Below are positions 11,101 to 17,937 of a stretch of 64,000 nt of DNA, piece after piece (within the stretch, counting starts at the first letter, position 1; the number at the start of each line of letters is the position of its first letter). The position numbers and the translations under genes were made by a program. The stretch is from Verrucomicrobiota bacterium. Lineage in GTDB: Bacteria; Verrucomicrobiota; Lentisphaeria; Lentisphaerales; Lentisphaeraceae. The notes under the pieces were generated by a model. That model was not told the origin of the DNA. It worked only from the letters and a program-made list of their open reading frames with translations, and did not search any database. The stretch lies in NCBI GenBank assembly GCA_039798785.1, contig JBDKFG010000005.1, positions 1-64,000 on the forward strand, given 5' to 3'.

Positions 11101-12245
11101 ACGACATCTATTCCCGAGGTCAAGCTCCAGGTCGTGCGCTGATAGAGCTTGTTGCCGACCGCATCAAACCGCTGCGCAAAGATACCATATCCGGAACCGT
11201 CTTGAAGATTAGATTGCCAAGAAATGAGGTAGCCCCCATCAGTCAAAGCGTCAATGGATGGAATGCTTTGAATATCTGTCGTCACAGAATTGATCAATGT
11301 GGCTGAGCCGACTGCAACGCCACTGGCGTTATAACGTTGGGCGTAGATGCCGGTGTTGTAACTGTCGGTATTGTGCCAAGCGATCACCCATCCGCCGTCA
11401 TTGAGAAAAGCTAGAGATGGGGTGCTATCAAGACTAGCAGTGCCTACAGAAATTGCAGAGCCAACAAGGACCCCAGAATTATTATATCGAGCAAAGTAAA
11501 TTTGACCTGAATAATTTCTCCAAGCAATGCCGACACCGGTGCTATTCGTATCAAGTGCTATGGGGGCCTCTGCACTAGTTTGGCCGCTTACAGAACCAAC
11601 GCTGCCTACACTAACGGAAGAATTTGCGACAACGCCAGTGGCGGACATGAATTGCATGAAGACACTGTTGACCGAAACACTGACATGGTTAGACACATAG
11701 GCAATGGCATATCCACCATTGCTTAACGCCACTACATCGGGCAAGCGCTGTGTCTGCGACACTGCAGAGACTGTTCTTTCGACTAATTTTGTCCCATCCG
11801 GATTGTACTGCGCATATCTAACGTCGTTGGCTTGATACCAAGCTTCTACCCAGCCGCCTCCTGTTAAACCGCAAATCATGCCGTTTGATTTAGATGCAGT
11901 AGAATTTCCAGGGCCGGAAATCGTCACAATAGATCCTGCGAGAGATCCTTGAGCGTCAAACTGCTGGAATTGTACATAAGTTCCGGCAGCCCAAGAAACA
12001 GAAAAACCGCCATTTGTAAGAGCACAGATGTCGAACTGCGAGTAGGCAAAGGTCCAAACCGTTTCCGCGCCTAGCTTTGCCCCAGTAGAATCGAAACGTT
12101 GAAATACCAACCCACCTTGCAGGCTAGAATACCAGGCCATCACAATGCTGCCATCATTCAATTTGCAAACCTGAGCGTTCTTCTGATCGCCCGAGGTAAA
12201 GGTGTTGATTTGGAGCTCGCTAGAGCTGGTAACCGAAGTAGCCAT
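2172..12245 (-). CDS. Giant extracellular repeat protein (~3,357 aa) with Ig-like tandem repeats and a C-terminal GHSQG alpha/beta-hydrolase domain
   Basis: Single open frame. ATG at 12245 has AGGA ~10 nt upstream. N-terminal QINTFTSGDQ/INSVTTDIQS repeats, RTX-like TGSGDD/GGSGRD, ~15 NDAPTGSVSISG...SYTDG repeats, and TLVIGHSQGG at ~2574-2603. Confidence 0.88.
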   Translation of the reverse strand: MATSVTSSSELQINTFTSGDQKNAQVCKLNDGSIVMAWYSSLQGGLVFQRFDSTGAKLGAETVWTFAYSQFDICALTNGGFSVSWAAGTYVQFQQFDAQGSLAGSIVTISGPGNSTASKSNGMICGLTGGGWVEAWYQANDVRYAQYNPDGTKLVERTVSAVSQTQRLPDVVALSNGGYAIAYVSNHVSVSVNSVFMQFMSATGVVANSSVSVGSVGSVSGQTSAEAPIALDTNSTGVGIAWRNYSGQIYFARYNNSGVLVGSAISVGTASLDSTPSLAFLNDGGWVIAWHNTDSYNTGIYAQRYNASGVAVGSATLINSVTTDIQSIPSIDALTDGGYLISWQSNLQDGSGYGIFAQRFDAVGNKLYQRTTWSLTSGIDVVTGSSGIDFVNGISTDDSINTGSGDDIVSFSSADFALIDGGSGRDVLSLSQNLDLRTVADSNLKNLEVIQFTAANLMLTLTFADVAAITDASGVLLVQGASGKVRLDVGWTQQTSGGYNIFTQNGLTLKIDSQIALDYLPTGSVIISGTATPGQTLSASNSLSDLDGLGAISYTWKDSSGTVLGTGTTLVLTEAHLSKDITVTASYTDGRGTAESASSAPIAVVASVNSAPTGSVTISGTAAQGQTLSASNTLADTDGLGPISYQWKADGLVIAGATASTLVLTEAQVGKAITVTASYTDGMGKVESLSSAATSSVANVNDPLTGSLSISGTATQGQTLSAVSSLADADGLGAISYTWKNQLGTVLGSGSTYLLTQAEVGQTITVTASYTDGHGTAESITSAATLAVTNVNDAPTGSLTISGSAIQGSTLSASNTLADLDGLGPISYTWKNNLGTTLGTGASIVLTEAEVGKTITVTATYTDGFGTSENKVSAATAPVANVNDAPTGSVIISGLAEQGQTLSASNSIADLDGLGAISYQWKANGTAISGATASTYVLTESEVGKVITLTASYTDGHGSLESLTSAATASVANVNDAPTGSVSISGDLIQGQTLTAVSTLSDLDGLGPITYTWFADGAEIAQGESLVLTQAQVGKTLSVTASYTDGHGTLESSLSALSAAVQNLNDAPTGSVSISGELIQGQTLTASNTLADIDGLGSITYTWKNNLGAILGTGTSFVLTESEVGQTLSVTATYTDALGTAESSLSAESTVVQNLNDAPSGSVSISGELIQGQTLTASNSLSDIDGLGPISYTWLDGEGNNLGSGETMVLTQAHVGKTLTVTASYTDGHGTLESSLSSVSAVVQNLNDAPSGSVSISGDLIQGQSLTASNSLSDIDGLGPISYTWFADGAEIAQGESLSLTQAQVGKAISVRASYTDAYGSAESALSSLSSVVQNLNDAPTGSVSISGELIQGQTLTAVSSLSDLDGLGLISYSWLDGEGNTLGVSETLLLTQAHVGKTLSVTASYTDAYGTLESSVSSVSSVLQNLNDAPTGSVAISGELIQGQTLTASNTLVDLDGLGPISYKWFADGTELAQGETLVLTEAQVGKAISVTASYTDGHGTSEAMTSTATAAVLNVNEAPSGTVSISGELIQGQTLIASNTLADLDGLGPITYTWLADGTEIAQGETLTLTHAQVGKTISVTASYTDAHGTLESSVSSVSSGVQNLNDAPTGSVSISGLLHDGETLTASHTLTDLDGLGSISYQWLADGLDIAGANTETLSLSTAELGKLITVRASYVDGYGQAEGVVSAASAAVTHLNRAPTGDLSISGTATQGQILSALSSVEDLDGLGDLVYTWYADGVAIDGENDSTLLLHQAQVGKVISVSASYTDGFENIENIAVSAPTTPVADANVAASGYLIIEGNPVIGNTLVAKYDFSDWDAAYLNLADEDGGMGTLSFTWSSVNEDGSLNFLGNGTSYTLTAADLGKILSLSASYTDGEGQVESVAAYETTEPVVAPGIAFSAAPAFGSPLSLDVVLPDADSSAPLNYSWSSSPTGEAGSWTEFSTAAEVIPDYSLYGQFISVSINYTDAANQPQIFTVAPQIFDQDLSDSIEVTWNAGSFTASNPLDLPSNAFVWHFQNLEDDTLVDGSSTGISLAVTGAMTNVNLQIAGSTGTSVSSATIPNDPLSGAWEISRSGAILSITEKDMSDADGIRSMYYSWQDANGEEIGNGASFDIDSPYSSPTQVNTQFKVVVTYADQKGDTETYTIDNIIIQNHLHTTWNVDAANLVSEHYGVGTLGYLNDADILVKPEHEGEVMILSNADPVETPVVGDELMADTSMITDDDGMPTDPNAFSYRWEKSRDGLIWQPIVGQTQSTLTLDNSLAGYTIRSRVEFTDLRGSQEVSYSKATDKVLPAFDLVGELQLALETPEFGAPFLYFYNPYSVDPENGESLKAFDTIHAVDNRPITVTYEWFQKMAQGADLSLGSGQGSPALPFGEQIYCVATGTDASGQTKSISSSLVKVEAPAEGTVLTHTTSYSSSGFTYINFHIDGLSNERPIDSITWQKSFDGGVNWIAVNNNSSSSWPIAGSIYDGFQVRAQVSYQDAQGFGKVLYTAAQTQMPSDMAPNDPETYHYSQSSFVLNEGETQVTYTLPGGIEDNLHDYGISYTWQTSMDGENWIEGYSSYFNDGQAHSVSAYINRDLAFLENFKYIRLATYSMQWEYNANRETLHQTEIRAYSNAVQLIPNHHPFEGDLVITMYDESPISEIHVGDQIRAMLLPNSESSWTIDQDGLSLITYTWSLDGQDISHDQVIYITEEILNKTLTVSASYTDGWEEYVETEEVTPVILPSLYNEKPVITRSLDLTLIDDQWHLITLADLQGTDAEDGEYAKRLTFSMTQLPTGLSFYLGDTPPQGAGSATSFTLKDIIQNKVWMKVDAPASESGGGSGGSVVLPNGRVINISMSLKDLALAEISRAGSVSSKSLALNGSQFVELDDPSDFTFVFDASGKIIMFNNVVDTESEDKKGFMTKIGDGISKGVDVTVDGTLFGLKLINGKLWTGIGSVKDGLVWAAGKSVDGLDAGLHLATVPIVKPIDWSIGKLWDNPWQIGPATDKGIDVISSALRTVLKTGVTLPLGAPEAVIDTFISGYKQWAASDLTGVFKVKFDNNNQLDGTNGLILNEKGKLVWDKVTYDGTLNKNHAGDEVHLDRLGASETAYSFDEEKTEFANEPGKIVVFINGQANTLTTAAQLALHHGNSLANIQTIEANQKWKPGPDSGPQPQIHLDPVYVFHNETGGASDLIESSLLKLMPQTTVMVNHIADLIQARVKAEQETLVIGHSQGGILLTNALIELNHRDADNSMQGAYKQFLSTEYHGSAANVLVAKIANDALGSKFVGMANHMSDAVGVILGGTVNPVSWAASLLSAPLLSGAFDKSYFTHVPEGWSDLLESPHTLYPRIEGSEPWWQTLTNSEGIL
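6560..10690 (-). repeat. About 15 tandem ~273-279 bp coding repeats (Ig-like ~92-aa modules)
   Basis: Recurring NDAP(T/S)GSVSISG(E/D)LIQGQTL...DLDGLGPISYTW...VGK.ISVTASYTDG. Central copies are near-identical at DNA level. Confidence 0.9.
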
Positions 12246-12711
12246 GAAGTTCAATTCCTGATGTTTTTTGCGCCATGAAAAGAGGCGCGGTCTGTCATGA
12301 TCCAGAGAAGGCACCGCCAAGCGCCTACAGAAGGACACGAGCAGACCGCGCCCGTTGGGGCGCGATCCACCACATGTCGTCCCTGTTGCTTAAACTGGCC
12401 GTTTTTCTCTGGGACGGGATGAGGTCGATCACAATAGCGACGACTATGTGAGGTCAAGGTTGACGAGTCTGAGGCTTGTTCCTGATTGTAAATTTTAAGC
12501 CAGCCAAACTGGTTTCTGGTGCCGATCTGTCAAGGATAAATTGGCGTGATTTTAAAGATTTTAAACCCTCGGATAAAGTCACCCAGCCGAGGCGCCTCCC
12601 TAGGAGGTTTCGCATCCCATCAAGAGCAAAACGGGCGATCGCTTAGCCGATGGTCCTAAGGAATTCCTGCATCATTATCTTACCCAAACGCCACATTTTT
12701 CTCTATTCCGT

Positions 12712-13362
12712 TCAAGCCGGGCTGTTGGCCTGCACCAGGCTGCGGCGGAAGGGGTCGCTGACCGGCCAGATGCCGGCGGACTCCAGCATTTCCCGGAGTT
12801 GGGCGTTGCCACGCCGCCGGGCAAAGGCCAGTTCCTGGGCGGTGATCAGCACGATCAGGACCAGGGGCACCTCGCTGCCGTCGAAGTCGAGCTTCCCTCC
12901 GTCTTCAATCATCACTGCATGGCTGCCATCGGATTCCGGATCAGGGATTTCAGCGACGCTGCCGAACGCCAGGGGTTCGTCGCGCGCATGGGCTGCCAGC
13001 GCGGTGAACACCGTGGCGAGATTCTGCTCGGTCCGGTCATACCGGTTGGCGGCGGTGTCGACCAGCGACATCTCGGGCATCCGGTAAGGGGTGAAGGCGA
13101 TGAATTCCAGAGCCTGGCCAGAGCGGAGGGGCTTGCCGCCTGGGGCTGCGATGTCGAGGGTCGCCAGAGCCGAGCCGTGCTTCTGGGGGAAGTTGTAGAC
13201 GTCGAGCAATCCGCCGGCTTCGAAGGGGACGGCGTGATGAGCCACGAGGGAATGCATCTTGCCGAGACGCCTCTCCATCGCCTCCTTTTTGGCCTTGTGC
13301 CAGAACTCTTCGCTGCTGCCCGTCACTGTCGTCCGGCTCCCTGCTCTTGATTCTCGACTCAA
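12712..13362 (-). CDS. Suppressor-of-fused (SUFU)-like domain protein (start uncertain)
   Basis: LDVYNFP...LEFIAFT and the C-terminal LIVLITAQELAFARRRG...LESAGIWPVSDPFRRSLV resemble the bacterial SUFU signature. Confidence 0.6.
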   Translation of the reverse strand: MSRESRAGSRTTVTGSSEEFWHKAKKEAMERRLGKMHSLVAHHAVPFEAGGLLDVYNFPQKHGSALATLDIAAPGGKPLRSGQALEFIAFTPYRMPEMSLVDTAANRYDRTEQNLATVFTALAAHARDEPLAFGSVAEIPDPESDGSHAVMIEDGGKLDFDGSEVPLVLIVLITAQELAFARRRGNAQLREMLESAGIWPVSDPFRRSLVQANSPA

Positions 13363-13488
13363 GCTACGACCAAGCCGCTTGCGGATGCAAGCTTCTTCCG
13401 GCAGATATTTGCATTTTTATCCCGCCGCCTGCTTTGACTTCTCATCCGTCCTCGCGACATTGGCCGGTGCCAATCTCCAAGGAAGCCT

Positions 13489-14583
13489 GTGAATCCCTCC
13501 AACTCCTCCCTCCGCCGCTTCGGCAAGCTCTCCGCCCAGAGCTTGCTGCCCCTGGCCGCCTTTACCGTGCTGCTCAGCATCGATTCGAAATGGACCAGCT
13601 TCCTGGTCACCCGCATCGCCGAGTGCTCGGTCACCAAGGCTCGGATGGCCGCCTATGGCATCGGTTGCGCCGCCGCTCTGCCGCTTCTGGAATGGGCTCT
13701 TTGCCGCTGGCTGCTGCCGAGGCGGCACGGGGCCAATCTGGTGTTCGCCTTCTGGACGATTCTTCTGCTCATCCTCCTCGGCCCCGTCGCCCTCATTCTC
13801 GCCGGCATCGTCGCCGCCAGCATCTCGCTGCATCATCGCGAGGGGCCCCGCCCGCTGCTTCACGGCGGGCTTTTCGTCGGCGTCGCCGCCGCCTTGATCA
13901 TCGGCTTGATGAGCGCCTGTCTCGCCGCGGACGGCTACATCCGCCGCGATTTCCTCTTCGCCTACAAAAAGATGAACATCGCCAAGGGCACGGTCTATTG
14001 GCGTGACACCTGGGGTTGGGTCGACCGGACCCATTATCGTCCGGACCAGTTCGACGAGGTGCGCCAGGCGATGGAGGCCGCCGGACCTGGGAAGACCGTT
14101 TGCGTCACTCTTCATGAAGGTTGGAAGGCGCCGTTGGGCTTCCGCGTCGTCTTTTCGCCTGCCTATGAGATCGAGGTTCCGGCTAGCCCTGAGGAGCGCT
14201 GGGCGGTGATCACCGGCATTTTGCTGCATGCGATGGAGGTATCGGAAGGCATGCAGGGCGCATCTCCCTGGTATCACGGCAACCAGCTTTCCGCCTTCCA
14301 GTTCGAAGACATCGCTTCATCGCTTCGCTGCTGTCTCGATCAGCTGCCGAACGAGACGCGGACGAAGGACTGGACCGGCAACAACCTGCCGCGCTGGGAG
14401 GAGGAGGGGCGCCGTCTGGTGGTCCTGAGGATCGACTCCAAGCAGGTCTGGGGCGGCGATCCCGCCAGCGTCTACCCGATGGCCGACCCCTCGAAGAAGA
14501 TTTCCCTTGTCGAGCTGCGGAAGCGAGTCGAATCGGCGAACGCCTTTTGGAAATATCTCGGAGACCAAGATGTCAAACACTGA
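13489..14583 (+). CDS. Membrane protein (several N-terminal TM helices) with a soluble C-terminal domain, possibly DUF4056-like
   Basis: Hydrophobic N-terminal half. C-terminal motifs GWVDRTH and SAFQFEDIAS. Confidence 0.55.
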   Translation: MNPSNSSLRRFGKLSAQSLLPLAAFTVLLSIDSKWTSFLVTRIAECSVTKARMAAYGIGCAAALPLLEWALCRWLLPRRHGANLVFAFWTILLLILLGPVALILAGIVAASISLHHREGPRPLLHGGLFVGVAAALIIGLMSACLAADGYIRRDFLFAYKKMNIAKGTVYWRDTWGWVDRTHYRPDQFDEVRQAMEAAGPGKTVCVTLHEGWKAPLGFRVVFSPAYEIEVPASPEERWAVITGILLHAMEVSEGMQGASPWYHGNQLSAFQFEDIASSLRCCLDQLPNETRTKDWTGNNLPRWEEEGRRLVVLRIDSKQVWGGDPASVYPMADPSKKISLVELRKRVESANAFWKYLGDQDVKH

Positions 14584-15247
14584 AGAGGAAAGGCCTCTGC
14601 GGCCCGTCACCTGCCCCAACTGCCACGAGGAGTTCGAGGCGGACGTCGTCGATGCTCTGCACGAAGGCGACACCGCCATCGGCAAGCTTTTTCACGGCTC
14701 CTTCAACCTGGTGCATTGCAATGCCTGCGGCGTCGAATTCCGGGTCGAGACGCCGGTGGTCTTCCGCAACGCTGAGCGCAGCCTGATGATCTTCTTCAAT
14801 CCGGCGCTCGCCAAGATTCCCTGGCGGGTCGCCGAGAAGCAGATGAGCGAGGTCGTCGCCGCCGGGCTCAAGGACCTGCCGCCGGAGATGCGGCCGGAAT
14901 TCCGCCTCGTCTTCGACCTGCCTTCATTTGTCGAGAAGGTCGCCATCGCCCTGGAGGACCTTGACGATCGCGCCATCGAGCTGCTGAAGATCAAGCTTTT
15001 CCGCTCCGAGCCAGGCATGAACCCGCGGACCCATCGGCTTCTCTTCGACTTCACCGAGAGCGGCTCGACCAAACTTGCCTTCGATCTTTTTTCTCGCCGT
15101 GGCGGCCAGGCGGAACGGAAGATCGCGATCGGCAAGGAGGTCTACGACGAGCTGGTGCAGGCGCAGGAGGAGGACGAGCCCGATCTCGACCTCAATGAAT
15201 TCTTCCCCGGCGCCTGGGTGGCGGCGGAGCGCCACACCGGGGCGTGA
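14570..15247 (+). CDS. CpXC domain-containing protein
   Basis: N-terminal CPNC and CNAC zinc-binding pairs and EKVAI...LDDRAIELLK. ATG at 14570 overlaps the upstream ORF end. Confidence 0.75.
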   Translation: MSNTEEERPLRPVTCPNCHEEFEADVVDALHEGDTAIGKLFHGSFNLVHCNACGVEFRVETPVVFRNAERSLMIFFNPALAKIPWRVAEKQMSEVVAAGLKDLPPEMRPEFRLVFDLPSFVEKVAIALEDLDDRAIELLKIKLFRSEPGMNPRTHRLLFDFTESGSTKLAFDLFSRRGGQAERKIAIGKEVYDELVQAQEEDEPDLDLNEFFPGAWVAAERHTGA

Positions 15248-15282
15248 ATGACGCAAGCGGCACCTTCCGGCGCCGCCTCTCG

Positions 15283-16092
15283 TCACTTCCTTCCGAGCTC
15301 CTGGGCCCTGCGCACGGCGGCGCCGAGGGCCTCTTGCCAGATCTGGCGGAACTGGTGTTCCTTGAGAACGCCGAGGGCTGCCGCGGTGGTGCCGCCGGGC
15401 GAAGTGACGGCGTCGCGCAAGGCGTCGGGGCTGCCGAGGCCGCGGCTCAGCATCTCGGCGGCGCCGAGGAGCGTCTGCACCGCCAGCTTGTGCGCCAATT
15501 CCGGCGGCAGGCCTTGAGAGGCGGCCGCTTCTTCCAGGGCGGCGCAGAGTTCGAAGACGTAGGCCGGGCCCGAACCCGACAGGGAGGTCACCGCATCGAG
15601 CTTCTCCTCCGGCACTTCCACCGCGACTCCGGCCGCCTCGAAGAGACGCTGCGCCGCGGCGCGTGCCGCCGCGTCCAGCGCTTCGCTGTGTGCCAGGCCG
15701 GTGGCGCCCAGGCCGACCGAGAGCGGGGTATTGGGCATGGTCCGGGTGATCCGGCGGGTTCCCAGCCAGCCGGCCAGGGTGTCGATCGACAGACCGGCGC
15801 AGACCGAGACGACATGGGTCTCAGGGGAGAGTAGCGGAGCCAGCTCGAGGCAGACTTCGCGGGCCTTCTGCGGCTTGACGCAGAGGAGAAGCATTTTGGC
15901 GCCCGCCGCAGCTTGATTGCCGCCGACGCAGCGGATGCCGGTCGTCCGGGTGAATTTCTCCTGAGTGGATTCGGTCAGGGCGGAAGCCATCATCCTCTCC
16001 GGAGGGTGGATGCCCGCCTTGACCGCTCCGATCGCCAGAGCTGTCGCCATGCGCCCCGCGCCGACAAAAAAGATTTCGCTTGCCCCCGTCAT
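15283..16092 (-). CDS. proC: Pyrroline-5-carboxylate reductase
   Basis: FVGAGRMA, RTMPNTP, SGSGPAYVF and VTSPGGTT motifs. AGGAGG precedes the ATG at 16092. Confidence 0.96.
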   Translation of the reverse strand: MTGASEIFFVGAGRMATALAIGAVKAGIHPPERMMASALTESTQEKFTRTTGIRCVGGNQAAAGAKMLLLCVKPQKAREVCLELAPLLSPETHVVSVCAGLSIDTLAGWLGTRRITRTMPNTPLSVGLGATGLAHSEALDAAARAAAQRLFEAAGVAVEVPEEKLDAVTSLSGSGPAYVFELCAALEEAAASQGLPPELAHKLAVQTLLGAAEMLSRGLGSPDALRDAVTSPGGTTAAALGVLKEHQFRQIWQEALGAAVRRAQELGRK

Positions 16093-16254
16093 ATCCACCT
16101 CCTGTAATTTGAGTGGGGAAAGATAGTCGCCGGGATGGCTTCGGCTAAGCCTCGGGACACACTTGCCGGGAGCAAGCTCTTCCGGCCCTTTTGCAATTCG
16201 CCTTCGCCGGTGTCCATTCGCCTCGCGGCCCGAATCCGATGGCAGGAGCGCAAG

Positions 16255-17478
16255 ATGACAGATTCGCAGAAATCCCTGGTCCGAGCCCTGGCCTTGCCGG
16301 TGCTGGGCTGTCTGCTCGCCTTCGTGCCCTTGCTGCCCGTCTTCGGTCTCGATCTGCAGCCGGGTTGGCGCAGTCTGACCGGCTTCCTGCTCTTCATGCT
16401 GGCCCTGCTGCTGGTCCTCTGTCAGAGCAGCCTGGGTGGCGAGCGTGAGCGCACAGGCTCACTGGTGCTCATCCTCTCTGCCCTGGCCTTCAGTCTTTTT
16501 CCCGCCCTTGGGGCCGGCGCTTCGGTCCAGGGCGTCTCCTACGGGGTCCTGGGGCTCTGTCTGATCATCCTGATGCTGCGGACCCTGAGGCGTCTGCGCC
16601 GTCTTGGCTGGAAGCGGCTGCGGGCACGTCTGCTCGACCTGGATTCGCCTGATCCTTCCCATGCCCCTTCCGTGGCGGCTGGCGCTGTCGAGCGGCTCAA
16701 TTTCCGCATCCAGGTTCCGGCCCTCAACGCCTCAGCGATGATGGAGGAGGTGATGCGCCTCGAGCAGGACGATCCGCTCGCCCACGAGGAGCGCATCCTG
16801 GCCTTGCTGCGCCAGGCCGCGGAGCGCGGACTCGTCGAGGCCCAGGGGCTGCTGGCGCAGAAGTTGAAGAAGCGCAATCTCCGCGACCCCGAGCTGCTGA
16901 AGTGGGTCCGCGTCGCCGCTTCGCAAGGCGACGCGATGAGCTGCTGCCTCCTCGCCGAGATGCTGCTCGACGGACAGTTGCTGAAGCAGGACATCCCGCA
17001 GGCGATGAAGCTCTATGAACAGGCGATCGAGATCGACGAGGAAGTGCTCCTGCCGGAACCTCTAAAGCGCCTCGGCGACCATCATCTCGAAGGGCGCTGG
17101 ATGCCGCGCGACTTCGCCAAGGCGCGGCGCTGCTACCGCCTCGCCGCCGCCAAGGGCAGCCGGGAAGCCGCCTTCCGCCTCGGATTGATGCAGCTCAGGG
17201 ATTTCGAGCTCGCCGCATCTCCCGGCGCGGCGGCGGAGTCTTTCCGCCAGGCTCTCGACCACCCGGCCGGGGTCTATCCCCTCGACCGCCTGGCGCCGGA
17301 TCTGGTCTTTCATCATGGCGAACTGCAGTTGCCGCTGAAAATCGCCGAGGAGCTGGCCCTGGCCGGCGGTGCCGGCGCCGCCCGCAGCCTGTCACTCTCC
17401 TACACCCATGGCCTCTGGGCTCCGGCCGACGCCACTCTTGCCGCCTCCTGGATGCAGATGTCGCGCGATCTCAAGTGA
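16255..17478 (+). CDS. Membrane-anchored Sel1-repeat protein
   Basis: About four TM helices, then SLR motifs (AQGLLA, AMKLYEQA, ARRCYRLAAAKGSREAAFRLG). AGGAG precedes ATG 16255. Confidence 0.75.
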   Translation: MTDSQKSLVRALALPVLGCLLAFVPLLPVFGLDLQPGWRSLTGFLLFMLALLLVLCQSSLGGERERTGSLVLILSALAFSLFPALGAGASVQGVSYGVLGLCLIILMLRTLRRLRRLGWKRLRARLLDLDSPDPSHAPSVAAGAVERLNFRIQVPALNASAMMEEVMRLEQDDPLAHEERILALLRQAAERGLVEAQGLLAQKLKKRNLRDPELLKWVRVAASQGDAMSCCLLAEMLLDGQLLKQDIPQAMKLYEQAIEIDEEVLLPEPLKRLGDHHLEGRWMPRDFAKARRCYRLAAAKGSREAAFRLGLMQLRDFELAASPGAAAESFRQALDHPAGVYPLDRLAPDLVFHHGELQLPLKIAEELALAGGAGAARSLSLSYTHGLWAPADATLAASWMQMSRDLK

Positions 17479-17481
17479 TCC

Positions 17482-17910
17482 TCAGCGAGGCAGCACCGCG
17501 AAGCGCAAGGGGCTGAGGGCGGGACGCCCGGCGATGCGGGCGCTGAGGGCTTCGATCTTGCCGCAAAGCAGGAAGCCTGCTTCGCCCAGGGGCAGGAAGC
17601 TCAAGCCCGGGGCCGGACCGGGATCGCGGCTCAGGCAGGAACAGATGACGCGGGGATCCTCCGCCGCCAGAAGTTCGGCGGAACGCACCGCCGACAAACG
17701 GCGCAAGACCCGGGTGATCAGGTCGGCCCGCTCCGAGGTGGCCCGGAAAAGGATGATCGCCTGCGCCCGCCCGTCCGGACAGAGCTCGCCGGCGCTGCCT
17801 TGAAAGGCCTCCATCTGCAGGCCTCGGCCGGAAAAGACTTCGGCGACCGCATGCACCGCGCCGGGGCGGTCTTCGAGTCCGATGAGGAGGATGTGGCGGG
17901 GGGCGTTCAT
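17482..17910 (-). CDS. ACT-domain protein (IlvH-like regulatory fold)
   Basis: LEDRPGAVHAVAEVFSGRGLQME matches the ACT ligand-binding loop. Confidence 0.7.
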   Translation of the reverse strand: MNAPRHILLIGLEDRPGAVHAVAEVFSGRGLQMEAFQGSAGELCPDGRAQAIILFRATSERADLITRVLRRLSAVRSAELLAAEDPRVICSCLSRDPGPAPGLSFLPLGEAGFLLCGKIEALSARIAGRPALSPLRFAVLPR

Positions 17911-17937
17911 GAGTCTTGAGACGGGGGGGTTGATGGG

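Noticed and set aside
12246..12338. ORF-track N-terminal extension of the giant protein
   Set aside because: Non-ATG start and non-protein-like sequence. ATG 12245 has an SD-like AGGA and begins the first repeat domain.
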